A stretch of DNA of 43,608 nucleotides from Gemmatimonadota bacterium (lineage in GTDB: Bacteria > Gemmatimonadota > Gemmatimonadetes > Palauibacterales > Palauibacteraceae): positions 1-43,608 of the forward strand of contig JBHIAV010000024.1 in assembly GCA_046758745.1 (NCBI GenBank), in the 5' to 3' direction. Below the pieces are notes generated by a model. It was not told the origin of the DNA and ran no database searches. It saw only the letters and a program-made list of their open reading frames with translations. How positions within the stretch are numbered: the first letter of the stretch is position 1; each line of letters begins with the position of its first letter. Shown in pieces: positions 19,388-27,656 of this stretch. Both the position numbers and the translations under genes were made by a program.

Positions 19388-20500
19388 GTGAGGGTCCCGC
19401 TTCTCGACCTCCAAGCCCAGTACGCATCGATCCGAGATGAGGTCCGCGCGGCCATCGACAGGGTATGCGAGTCGCAGCGCTTCATCCTGGGTCCGGAGGT
19501 CGAGGCGCTCGAGGCGGAGATCGCGGCAACCTGCGGCGCCCGCTTCGCCATCGGCGTCTCGTCGGGGACCGACGCCCTCCTCGTCGCTCTGATGGCTCTC
19601 GAGGTCGGGCCGGGCGACGAGGTGATCACACCGGCGTACTCCTTCTTCGCCACGGCCGGGGCGATCGCCCGGCTCGGCGCGCGGCCCGTGTTCGCGGACA
19701 TCGATCCGCAGAGCTTCAACTTGGACCCGCAGGGAGTCTCGGATCGCATCTCCTCGCGGACCCGGGCGATCCTCCCCACGCACCTGTTCGGCCGGTGCGC
19801 CGACCTCGGCGTGCTCCTGGAAGCCGCCCGCGACCGGGGCATCGCGGTGGTGGAGGACGCGGCGCAGGGGATCGGTGCGAGGGATGAGGCCGGACGGCCC
19901 GCCGGCTCTGCCGGCGACCTCGGCTGCCTCTCCTTCTTTCCGACCAAGAACCTCGGAGCCTTCGGCCAGGGCGGGATGGTCGTCACGAGCGACGAGCGGC
20001 TCGCCGAGCGGGTGCGGGTCCTGCGCGAGCACGGCGCGAAGCCGAAGTACCACCATTCGCTGGTGGGCGGCAATTTCCGGCTCGACGCCCTCCAGGCGGC
20101 CGTGCTCCGCGTCAAGCTTCCTAACCTCGAACGCTGGTCGCGGGGTCGTCGGGCCAGGGCGGACCGGTACCGGCGGCTGATGGCGCAGGCCGGCCTCACC
20201 GACCGGGTGACGGTGCCCGCGGACGCACCGGGCCACATCTACAACCAGTTCGTGATCCGGGCCTCCGAGCGGGACCGCCTGCGGGTCCACCTGGAGGAGA
20301 AGGGAATCGGCACGGAGGTGTACTACCCGATCCCTCTCCACCTCCAGGAGTGCTTCCGCAGCCTCGGGTACGTCGAGGGCAGCCTGCCACACGCGGAGCG
20401 GGCGGCGCGCGAGACCCTGGCGCTTCCCATCTATCCGGAGCTCACGGAGGCGCAGCAGCGGTACGTGGTGGAGGGGATCCGGGACTTCTACGGGGGCTGA
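19388..20500 (+). CDS. DegT/DnrJ/EryC1/StrS nucleotide-sugar aminotransferase
   Basis: [22 protein letters not shown] (PLP lysine), [18 protein letters not shown]. Confidence 0.94.
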   Translation: MRVPLLDLQAQYASIRDEVRAAIDRVCESQRFILGPEVEALEAEIAATCGARFAIGVSSGTDALLVALMALEVGPGDEVITPAYSFFATAGAIARLGARPVFADIDPQSFNLDPQGVSDRISSRTRAILPTHLFGRCADLGVLLEAARDRGIAVVEDAAQGIGARDEAGRPAGSAGDLGCLSFFPTKNLGAFGQGGMVVTSDERLAERVRVLREHGAKPKYHHSLVGGNFRLDALQAAVLRVKLPNLERWSRGRRARADRYRRLMAQAGLTDRVTVPADAPGHIYNQFVIRASERDRLRVHLEEKGIGTEVYYPIPLHLQECFRSLGYVEGSLPHAERAARETLALPIYPELTEAQQRYVVEGIRDFYGG

Positions 20501-20526
20501 GTGATCCCCGGGCGGAGTCGAGGGCC

Positions 20527-22293
20527 TCACACCGGCCTGAGCGGCCACGCCAACTGGATGACGGCAACCGCGATCACGCCCAGCACGAGCTGGAGGGGAA
20601 GCCCCACCCGCGTGAAGTCGAGGAAGCGATACCCGCCGGGCCCGTACACCATCAGGTTGGTCTGGTAGCCGAGCGGCGTCGACAGGGAGAGGGAAGCCGC
20701 GGCCGTGATCGCGATGATGAAAGGCCGTGGATCGAGGCCCTGGGTCGCCGCGGCCGCCAGCGCGATCGGGAACATGAGAGCCGCCGTGGCGGTGTTCGAG
20801 ACCAGCTCCGTCAGCACCATGGTGGCGATGAAGACGGCCGCGAGGATGCCGATCGGTCCGAAGGCGGCGCCCGCGTTCACGATCCCGTCGCCGATGAGGG
20901 CGGCGGCGCCGGTCGATTCCATGGCGGCAGCGATCCCGAGCGCCGAGCCGATCATGAGCAGGACGGACCAGTCCACCGTGCGGCGCGCCTCTCCGAGCGA
21001 GAGGCAGCGGAGGAGGATCGTGGCGATCCCGCCGCCGAGCGCCGCGATGACGACCGGCACCCCGAGGACCGCGAGCACGACCACACCCAGCAGAACCAAG
21101 CCGGAGCGAAGCATGAGGTCGCGCTTCGGCGGAGCGCTCCGGCTCACCCGACTGACCAGGTAGAAGTCGGTCGAGTCCCGGTACGCCCGCGTGAAGCCCG
21201 GCGCCGCCTCCAGCAGGAGCGTGTCGCCGGGCCGAAGCACGATGTCGCCGAGCCGCGTGTCGACGCGTTCTCCGTGCCGGTGCACGGCGATCACGGCGGC
21301 GTTATAGCGGGCGCGGAAGTTCGCATGTCGGATGCTGGCCCCCACGAGGGGCGAGCCGGCCGAGACGACGGCCTCGTGCAGCTCCCACGTGTCCGCCTCC
21401 GGGGGGCGCTCGCTGGCCGCCGGCGTGAGTCCCCGGAAGCTTCGGAGGTCCACGATCGTCTCCACCACGCCGGCAAAGGTGAGCCGGTCTCCCGGGAAGA
21501 GCCGCTCGGCGGGAGCGACCGGCGAGAGGATGCCCGTGCGACGCTCGATCCGCACGAGGAAGAGCCCGGGCAGGTGGCGCAGGCCGGCCTCCTCGATCGT
21601 CCTTCCGATCAGCGGCGACGGCTCGCCGAGCTCCATCTCCACCACGTAGCGCCGCAGCCCCTCGCGGTGCTCGCCCACCGGGATCCGATCTTCGAGCATG
21701 GTGGGCGCGAAGAAGGTGAGGTAGAGAATCCCCACCAGAGCGCAAGGGATCCCCACCGCGGTCAGCTCGAAGAAGCCGAGACCCGCGAGCCCGTGCGCGC
21801 GCAGCAGGCCGTCGCTGACCAGGTTCGTCGAGGTACCGATCAGCGTGCACACGCCGCCCAGAATGGAGGCGTAGGAGAGCGGGATCAGGAGGCGTGAGGG
21901 CGAGACGCGGTGGCGCTTCGCCCAGTTGGTGACGGCGGGGATCCCCATGGCGACGATCGGCGTGTTGTTCACGAACGCGGAGAGGGTGACCGTGCCTGTC
22001 GCGAGGCGTGCTATGGTGCCGCGCAGGCGGGTGCCCCGACCGAGGATCCGGTGCGCCACGTCCTCGAGAGCGCCCGTGGCGCGCAGTCCGGCGGCCACGA
22101 TGAACAGCGCCCCCACGGTCGCCACGGCCGGATTGGAGAACCCGTCGAGCGCCCGCTCAGGATCGAGGATTCCCGCTGCCATCAGCACGACCAGGGCGCC
22201 GAACAGGAGGACATCCGGGCTGAAGACCTCGCGGGCGATGGCGAGGATCGTGATCGCCACCACGACCAGCGTGAAGCCTGCGTCGAATGTCAT
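20527..22293 (-). CDS. SLC13/DASS-family permease with TrkA-C domains, probable sulfate uptake
   Basis: SAFVNNTPIV, GGVCTLIGTSTN, two TrkA-C repeats, TELVSNTA, TPLGYQTNLMVYGPGGY; adjacent to sat. Confidence 0.88.
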   Translation of the reverse strand: MTFDAGFTLVVVAITILAIAREVFSPDVLLFGALVVLMAAGILDPERALDGFSNPAVATVGALFIVAAGLRATGALEDVAHRILGRGTRLRGTIARLATGTVTLSAFVNNTPIVAMGIPAVTNWAKRHRVSPSRLLIPLSYASILGGVCTLIGTSTNLVSDGLLRAHGLAGLGFFELTAVGIPCALVGILYLTFFAPTMLEDRIPVGEHREGLRRYVVEMELGEPSPLIGRTIEEAGLRHLPGLFLVRIERRTGILSPVAPAERLFPGDRLTFAGVVETIVDLRSFRGLTPAASERPPEADTWELHEAVVSAGSPLVGASIRHANFRARYNAAVIAVHRHGERVDTRLGDIVLRPGDTLLLEAAPGFTRAYRDSTDFYLVSRVSRSAPPKRDLMLRSGLVLLGVVVLAVLGVPVVIAALGGGIATILLRCLSLGEARRTVDWSVLLMIGSALGIAAAMESTGAAALIGDGIVNAGAAFGPIGILAAVFIATMVLTELVSNTATAALMFPIALAAAATQGLDPRPFIIAITAAASLSLSTPLGYQTNLMVYGPGGYRFLDFTRVGLPLQLVLGVIAVAVIQLAWPLRPV

Positions 22294-22332
22294 CGCCCCA
22301 CGTCGATGGTACGCGACCGCCCGTCAGCCACC

Positions 22333-23499
22333 TCAGCTCACCGGCGCCTTTTCCCGATACGCCCGGGTGAGGATCTCCGCCACCTCGGGTCGGGTGAACT
22401 CCTCGGGGAGCGGTTCGCCGCGGACCAGCATCTCGCGGACCTTCGTTCCGGAGAGGAAGATTCGTTGCTCGGGCGTCGAGGGCGAGGTCTTCGCGGAGGC
22501 CATCTGTCCGGTCACCGTACACCAGAACGCGTGCTCGAACTTGAGCGGCTGGATGCCGAGCACCGCTCGGTCGACACGATCGAAGATCTTCTGGGCGTCG
22601 TACGTGCCGTAGTAGCTGCCGACCCCGGCGTGGTCTCGTCCCACTATGAAGTGGGTGCAGCCGTAGTTCCGGCGCATGATCGCATGGAAGATCGCCTCAC
22701 GCGGCCCGGCGTATCGCATCGCGGCGGGCAGCACCGAGAGGATCACGCGATCCTTCGGATAGTATCGGTCCAGCAGCACGCGGTAGCATTCCATCCGCAC
22801 GTCCGCCGGGATGTCATCGGACTTGGTCTCGCCCACCAGCGGATGGAGGAGGAGGCCGTCCACCATCTCCAGGGCGCACTTCTGAAGGTACTCGTGCGCC
22901 CGGTGGATCGGATTTCGGGTCTGGAAGGCCACGATCGTCTCCCATCCCCGCTCGGCGAAGCCGGCACGGGTCTCGGCCGGCGTCAGGTGGTCGGAGGGAA
23001 ATCCCGAGATGTCGTCCGCGTACAGGTAGGTGACGGGGCCGGCGACGTACCGCGGTCCCATCGCCTGGATCGCGGCGACCCCCGGGTGTGCGACGTCCGT
23101 CGTCCCGTACACGGCCTTCGACTCCGCCTCGACATCGTGCGGGTAGAGCTCCTCGACCACGACGGTCCCCGCGACCCGACCGTCCGGGGCGATGAGGGCC
23201 ACCGGCTCGCCGGGGACGAGCGCGTCGGCTTCCTCCCGCGTGGCCGGGAGAACCACCGGGATCGTCCATGGAAGGCCGCTCGCGAGTCGCATCTCCTCCA
23301 CGACTCCGCGGTAGTCCTCCGAGCCCATGAAGCCCTCGAGGGGGGAGAGCCCGCCCACCGCGATGAGGTATAGGTCGCTGAGGATCCGATAGCTCAGCTG
23401 GATCCGGGGTAGATCTTGGGCCTCTCGCCGGAGCGGCTCCCTTCGATCGGGAGGTACGGTCCGGTCGACGAGCGAGCCTCCATAGGGGGGAGTCGGCAT
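22333..23499 (-). CDS. sat: Sulfate adenylyltransferase (ATP sulfurylase)
   Basis: SPLEGFM, AFQTRNPIHRAHE, MRYAGPREA, HFIVGRDHAG, SGTKVR. Confidence 0.97.
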   Translation of the reverse strand: MPTPPYGGSLVDRTVPPDRREPLRREAQDLPRIQLSYRILSDLYLIAVGGLSPLEGFMGSEDYRGVVEEMRLASGLPWTIPVVLPATREEADALVPGEPVALIAPDGRVAGTVVVEELYPHDVEAESKAVYGTTDVAHPGVAAIQAMGPRYVAGPVTYLYADDISGFPSDHLTPAETRAGFAERGWETIVAFQTRNPIHRAHEYLQKCALEMVDGLLLHPLVGETKSDDIPADVRMECYRVLLDRYYPKDRVILSVLPAAMRYAGPREAIFHAIMRRNYGCTHFIVGRDHAGVGSYYGTYDAQKIFDRVDRAVLGIQPLKFEHAFWCTVTGQMASAKTSPSTPEQRIFLSGTKVREMLVRGEPLPEEFTRPEVAEILTRAYREKAPVS

Positions 23500-23530
23500 G
23501 ATGTCTCGGAGGTTAGGGGAACGGCGGACC

Positions 23531-24190
23531 CTATCCCGCCCCTGCGGATCGTCCCGTCTTCGCGTCGGACGGGGCGCGCGCGTCCAGATAACCGCGCCCT
23601 TCCAGGAAAGCCAGGACCTGCTCTGCGCATTCCTCCTCGCCGGCGGAGCCCGCGGCCACGGTCAACTCGGGCGATTCCGGCGGCTCGTACGGGGCGCTGA
23701 TGCCCGTGAACTCCGGGATCTCGCCCGCCCGCGCCTTCTTGTACAGCCCCTTCGGGTCGCGCGCCTCACAGATCTCCAGCGGGCAGTCGACGAAGATCTC
23801 GATGAAATCTCCCTCCCGCGGCATGAGAGCGCGCACCGCATCGCGATCCGCGCGGTAGGGGGAGATGAAGGCGGTGAGCACGAACGCGCCGGCGTCCACG
23901 AAGAGCTTCGCGACCTCGCCGATCCGCCGGATATTCTCCGTCCGGTCCTGCGGCGAGAAGCCGAGGTCCCGGTTCAGCCCGTGGCGGACGTTGTCGCCGT
24001 CGAGCACGTAGGTGAAGCAGCCGCTCTCGAAGAGGCGCTGCTCGACGAGCCTCGCGATCGTGCTCTTCCCGCTCCCGGAGAGACCCGTGAACCAGAGCAC
24101 GGCGGCGCGGTGCCCGTGGCTTCGCTCCCGGTGCCCACGTTCGACGTGACCGCCATGCCAGTGAATGTTGTCGGGCTTCCTACCAGTCAA
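23531..24190 (-). CDS. cysC: Adenylyl-sulfate (APS) kinase
   Basis: [13 protein letters not shown]-loop, [37 protein letters not shown] 24190 preceded by GGAGGA. Confidence 0.96.
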   Translation of the reverse strand: MTGRKPDNIHWHGGHVERGHRERSHGHRAAVLWFTGLSGSGKSTIARLVEQRLFESGCFTYVLDGDNVRHGLNRDLGFSPQDRTENIRRIGEVAKLFVDAGAFVLTAFISPYRADRDAVRALMPREGDFIEIFVDCPLEICEARDPKGLYKKARAGEIPEFTGISAPYEPPESPELTVAAGSAGEEECAEQVLAFLEGRGYLDARAPSDAKTGRSAGAG

Positions 24191-24276
24191 GGGATTCCTC
24201 CAGGGTCTCGGCCCTCCGAGAGCTCCGCGGTCGGCGCGAACCGCCTTCGCGGTCCGCGGCGGGCAGGAGAATAAGG

Positions 24277-25158
24277 TCAGGGTGCGACGGTCGCCACCAG
24301 GTGCGCGACGCGGTGCCACACGTCTTCCCGCGCCGCGAAGATCCCACCGGGCTGCCGCGGATCCGCCTTGGCGTAGGAGAGGGGGCGTCCCAGGCAGTCG
24401 GTCACCCGCCCTCCGGCGCCGCGCAGGATCGCCTCGGGCGCGCAGGTATCCCATTCCTTCAGGTGCGGCACGGGATGCACGTACAGATCCGCACGCCCGA
24501 GCGCGATCAGAGCGCACTTGATCCCGACCGATCCGCTCCGCACCGTGTCCACCTCGCCCAGGCTCTCCTCGAGGGACCGCAGCCGGGGGTCGGGGTGTGA
24601 GCGGGAGCGGACCAGCCGGAGCCGCTCGACCGGCCTTCCCTCGATGCGAAGCGGGCGGGCTCGCCCGTCCTTCGACGCCCCCTCGACCACGTACGCCCCG
24701 ACATCGGCGACGCCGAGAAAGAGAAGGTCTAGGTCGGGCTGGAAGACGGCCCCGAGAGCCGCCCACCCGTCGATCGCCAGCCCGACCATGACGCTGAACT
24801 CCCCGTTCGCGGCGATGAACTCCTTCGTCCCGTCCAGCGGGTCGACGAGCCACAGCCGTTTCGCGGAGCTGGCCGGTGGCGCCGGGACCTCCTCGCTGAC
24901 GACTGGATCGAACGGCCGGTGCAGGCGAAGGCAGTCCAGGATCTGTTCGTTGGAGGCGTGGTCGGCCTCGGTGACCGGATCATCGACCGCCTTGTCGGTA
25001 ACGGCGAGGGAACCGAGGCGGTAGAGACGCATCGCGGCCTCCCCGCCGCGCACCACCGCGCGCGCCGCGATCGCCAGCTCGGCCTCGAAGGGACGGAGCC
25101 CGGAAGGCGTGCGGGCGGGGAACCAACGCCGAAGACGCGTCGCCTCGGATTCGGTCAT
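24277..25158 (-). CDS. cysQ: 3'(2'),5'-bisphosphate nucleotidase (PAP phosphatase)
   Basis: [35 protein letters not shown]. Confidence 0.92.
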   Translation of the reverse strand: MTESEATRLRRWFPARTPSGLRPFEAELAIAARAVVRGGEAAMRLYRLGSLAVTDKAVDDPVTEADHASNEQILDCLRLHRPFDPVVSEEVPAPPASSAKRLWLVDPLDGTKEFIAANGEFSVMVGLAIDGWAALGAVFQPDLDLLFLGVADVGAYVVEGASKDGRARPLRIEGRPVERLRLVRSRSHPDPRLRSLEESLGEVDTVRSGSVGIKCALIALGRADLYVHPVPHLKEWDTCAPEAILRGAGGRVTDCLGRPLSYAKADPRQPGGIFAAREDVWHRVAHLVATVAP

Positions 25159-25173
25159 CGATGCGCCCGCACG

Positions 25174-26247
25174 CTACGTCCGCACCCGAACCATCAGGAC
25201 CAGACCCGCCGCCAGGAAGAGCCCGTTGGGCAGCCAGGCGGCCGCGACGGGGGGCAGCACGCCGCCGGCGCCGAGAGCCTGCGCGAGCCGGATCAGGATG
25301 AGAAAGATCATCGTGATGCCGAGACCGATGCCGATCGCCAGGGTCGCGCCCCCTCTTCGGGTGCTGTTCGCCAGCGGCGCTCCGAACAGGACGATGATCA
25401 AACAGGTGAGCGGGTAGGCGATCTTGAGCATCCGGTCCACCTGAAGGTCGAGCGCGGTCCCGCCCGAGCGCTGGATCGATTCGATAAACCGGCCCAGCTC
25501 GACGTATCCCATCTCCTCCGGATCGCGGTCGCCCGCCAGAAGATCCCGCGGCGTCTCGGTGAACGCGCGCTGCCGGAGCTCCGCGAAGCGCAGGGTTATG
25601 GTCGTCTCCGGGTCGGGGAAGAAGCGGACCCGACCCTCCTCGAGCACCCACTGGCCGGCAGCCGAGTCCCATCGCGCCTCCGGCGCCGTCACCTTGTAGG
25701 TGGGGTAGCCGAACCCGGTCCCCTCGCGCTCGATCTGGATGTCGGAGATCCTCCCGCGATCGGCTTCCAGCCTGCGGATCCGGTACAGCCGTCCCTCTTC
25801 GCCCCGGTAGACGAAGGAGGCTCGGCTCGTCCGGCTCCGGAAGCCGGGATCTCCCAGCGCTTCTTTCGCCAGCCGGTTGGTCTTCGGCACGAGCTCCGTG
25901 ATCGCCAGGGCGACCACGCTGATGAGGAGCCCGGCCAGGAGAAGTGGGGCCGCCATTCGGTAGAAGCTGACCCCGCTCGCCTTGGCCGCCGTGATCTCGA
26001 AGTGCCGGGTCATCGAGGAGATGGTGAACACGGCGGCGAGCAGGGCGGCGACGGGGAACGCGACGAGCATCCAGTACGGGAACTGGAGAAGGTAGTGGAG
26101 AAGGACGGCGCCCCGTCCCACCCCATCCAGATAGCGCTCGATGCTGTCCGTCAGGTCGATGACGATGAAGAGGAAAGGGACGCCGAGCACGCACACCAGA
26201 AAGATGCGCAGGTACTGTCTGAGCAGGTATCGATCGAGCAGCCTCAC
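25174..26247 (-). CDS. lptG: LPS export ABC permease LptG (YjgP/YjgQ family)
   Basis: MRLLDRYL, EITAAKASGVS, beta-jellyroll periplasmic region, AAWLPN. Confidence 0.85.
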   Translation of the reverse strand: MRLLDRYLLRQYLRIFLVCVLGVPFLFIVIDLTDSIERYLDGVGRGAVLLHYLLQFPYWMLVAFPVAALLAAVFTISSMTRHFEITAAKASGVSFYRMAAPLLLAGLLISVVALAITELVPKTNRLAKEALGDPGFRSRTSRASFVYRGEEGRLYRIRRLEADRGRISDIQIEREGTGFGYPTYKVTAPEARWDSAAGQWVLEEGRVRFFPDPETTITLRFAELRQRAFTETPRDLLAGDRDPEEMGYVELGRFIESIQRSGGTALDLQVDRMLKIAYPLTCLIIVLFGAPLANSTRRGGATLAIGIGLGITMIFLILIRLAQALGAGGVLPPVAAAWLPNGLFLAAGLVLMVRVRT

Positions 26248-26254
26248 CGTCGGC

Positions 26255-27562
26255 TCAACCCCCGGCTCGCCTGGCTCGCCACAGGAGCGCCGCGCCGAGC
26301 GCGCCGAACAGGATGTTCGGAGCCCACATCGCCCAGAAAGGAGAGAGGATGGCTCGGTCCGCCAGGTCTTCGCCCCCGATGATGGCCACGTAGTAGGCGC
26401 AGAACACTACGAAGCTCACGCCGACGACAAGCCCCACGCCGGCCCGCCGGTAGCGAGTGCCTATCGGAGCCCCGATCAGCACGAAGACGATGCAGGCGGC
26501 CGGAATGGTGTATTTTTTCTGGATCTCCACCTCGAACTTGTTGCTCCGCTGGTGGTGCATCTTCCGGCTCGTCGCCTGGGCACGGAACTGCGCGACGGCC
26601 GCGGCCGGCTTCTCCACCAGGCCGGCCCGGTCCGAGGCCCGCTGCGCCGCGCTGTCTCCTTCCGAGGCCGGGGCGAGCGATCCCAGATACTTGCGCGTCA
26701 GGCCGACAGCGAGCGCCCGGCTCTCTCCGGATACCGCCTCGGCCTCATCCTGGTTCAGCCGTGCCTCCTCCCGCATCTGTGCGATCGGCATCTCGCGGTC
26801 GCCGCGGAATCCGCTGAGCTCGCCTCGCTCCAGCTCGTTGCTCACCTCCGGCACCCGCATGGTCAACTGCCGGAAGTGGATTACCTGGAACTCATCCGGT
26901 GAAGCCGACTTCCACTCGTGCTGGATCCCGTCATACAGCTGGAGGAAGAGCTCGGTACCTGCCTCGTCGTACGCCATGCGCCCGCTGTCGGCGTAGAAGG
27001 TCCTGGAGATTCCCGCCTCCCGCTCGTCGAAGATCGTCACGTCCTTCAGCTCGCTCGTCGCCCGGTCGATGCGTCCGGCCTGGAGAAACAGGGACGCCGG
27101 CAACACCTCGTTGATGGTACGCTCCCGCAAGACGAAAGTCGGCTTCTTGCGCCCGATGCTGGTGAGGAGAACCTGGAGACGGTGGTTCGACTCGGGCAGG
27201 ACGGTGTCGTTGAACCACACCATCCCCGCAGCTAGGAGGGAGGCCGCTCCGAGCAGCGGGAGGACGAGCCGCGTGAGGCTCACCCCACTTGCCCTCATCG
27301 CCGTGATCTCGTTCTCGGCCGCCAGCCGGTTGAAGGCGTACAGCACGGCAACCAGAACGGCCATCGGGAGGATGACGGCCAGGATGAACGGGATGGAGTA
27401 GACGAAGACCTCGACGATGATCTGCCACCCGAGATCCTTGCCGAGGAGCCGGTTCAGCTTCTTGGCCACCTGATCGAGCAGCATGATCGCCGTCAGGGTG
27501 GCCGCGGCGAACAGGAACGGCCCCGCATGAAGCCGGAAGAGGTAGCGCGTCAGTATCCACAT
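26255..27562 (-). CDS. lptF: LPS export ABC permease LptF (YjgP/YjgQ family)
   Basis: MWILTRYL, ENEITAMRASGVS, KKYTIPAAC, AMWAPN; ATG 27562. Confidence 0.85.
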   Translation of the reverse strand: MWILTRYLFRLHAGPFLFAAATLTAIMLLDQVAKKLNRLLGKDLGWQIIVEVFVYSIPFILAVILPMAVLVAVLYAFNRLAAENEITAMRASGVSLTRLVLPLLGAASLLAAGMVWFNDTVLPESNHRLQVLLTSIGRKKPTFVLRERTINEVLPASLFLQAGRIDRATSELKDVTIFDEREAGISRTFYADSGRMAYDEAGTELFLQLYDGIQHEWKSASPDEFQVIHFRQLTMRVPEVSNELERGELSGFRGDREMPIAQMREEARLNQDEAEAVSGESRALAVGLTRKYLGSLAPASEGDSAAQRASDRAGLVEKPAAAVAQFRAQATSRKMHHQRSNKFEVEIQKKYTIPAACIVFVLIGAPIGTRYRRAGVGLVVGVSFVVFCAYYVAIIGGEDLADRAILSPFWAMWAPNILFGALGAALLWRARRAGG

Positions 27563-27568
27563 GCGTGC

Positions 27569-27574
27569 AATGTA
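27569..27574 (-). promoter_or_regulatory. Possible -10 box giving a leaderless lptF transcript
   Basis: TACATT on the minus strand 6 nt upstream of the lptF ATG; no Shine-Dalgarno sequence; no convincing -35. Confidence 0.3.
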
Positions 27575-27627
27575 CGCTCGGTAGGGGGCCGGGCTCCATA
27601 TCGGCGTCGCTCCCGCGCGCCGCTCGA

Positions 27628-27656
27628 TTGACAAGGCCGCTGCATCGAGCAAATGT
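27628..27656 (+). promoter_or_regulatory. Possible sigma70 promoter for the SLBB exporter operon
   Basis: Perfect TTGACA at 27628, but only a weak -10 (AAATGT) at 17 nt spacing. Confidence 0.3.

Noticed and set aside
19388-20500. Calling the aminotransferase perosamine synthase (per) because gmd is nearby
   Set aside because: Sequence looks more like the WbpE/FdtB-type clade; the substrate cannot be assigned from motifs
18482-20548. 688-aa minus-strand ORF, and similar long ORFs such as 27683..29425, 40349..42250 and 5478..6986
   Set aside because: Antisense shadows of well-supported genes, expected in high-GC DNA; no recognisable motifs
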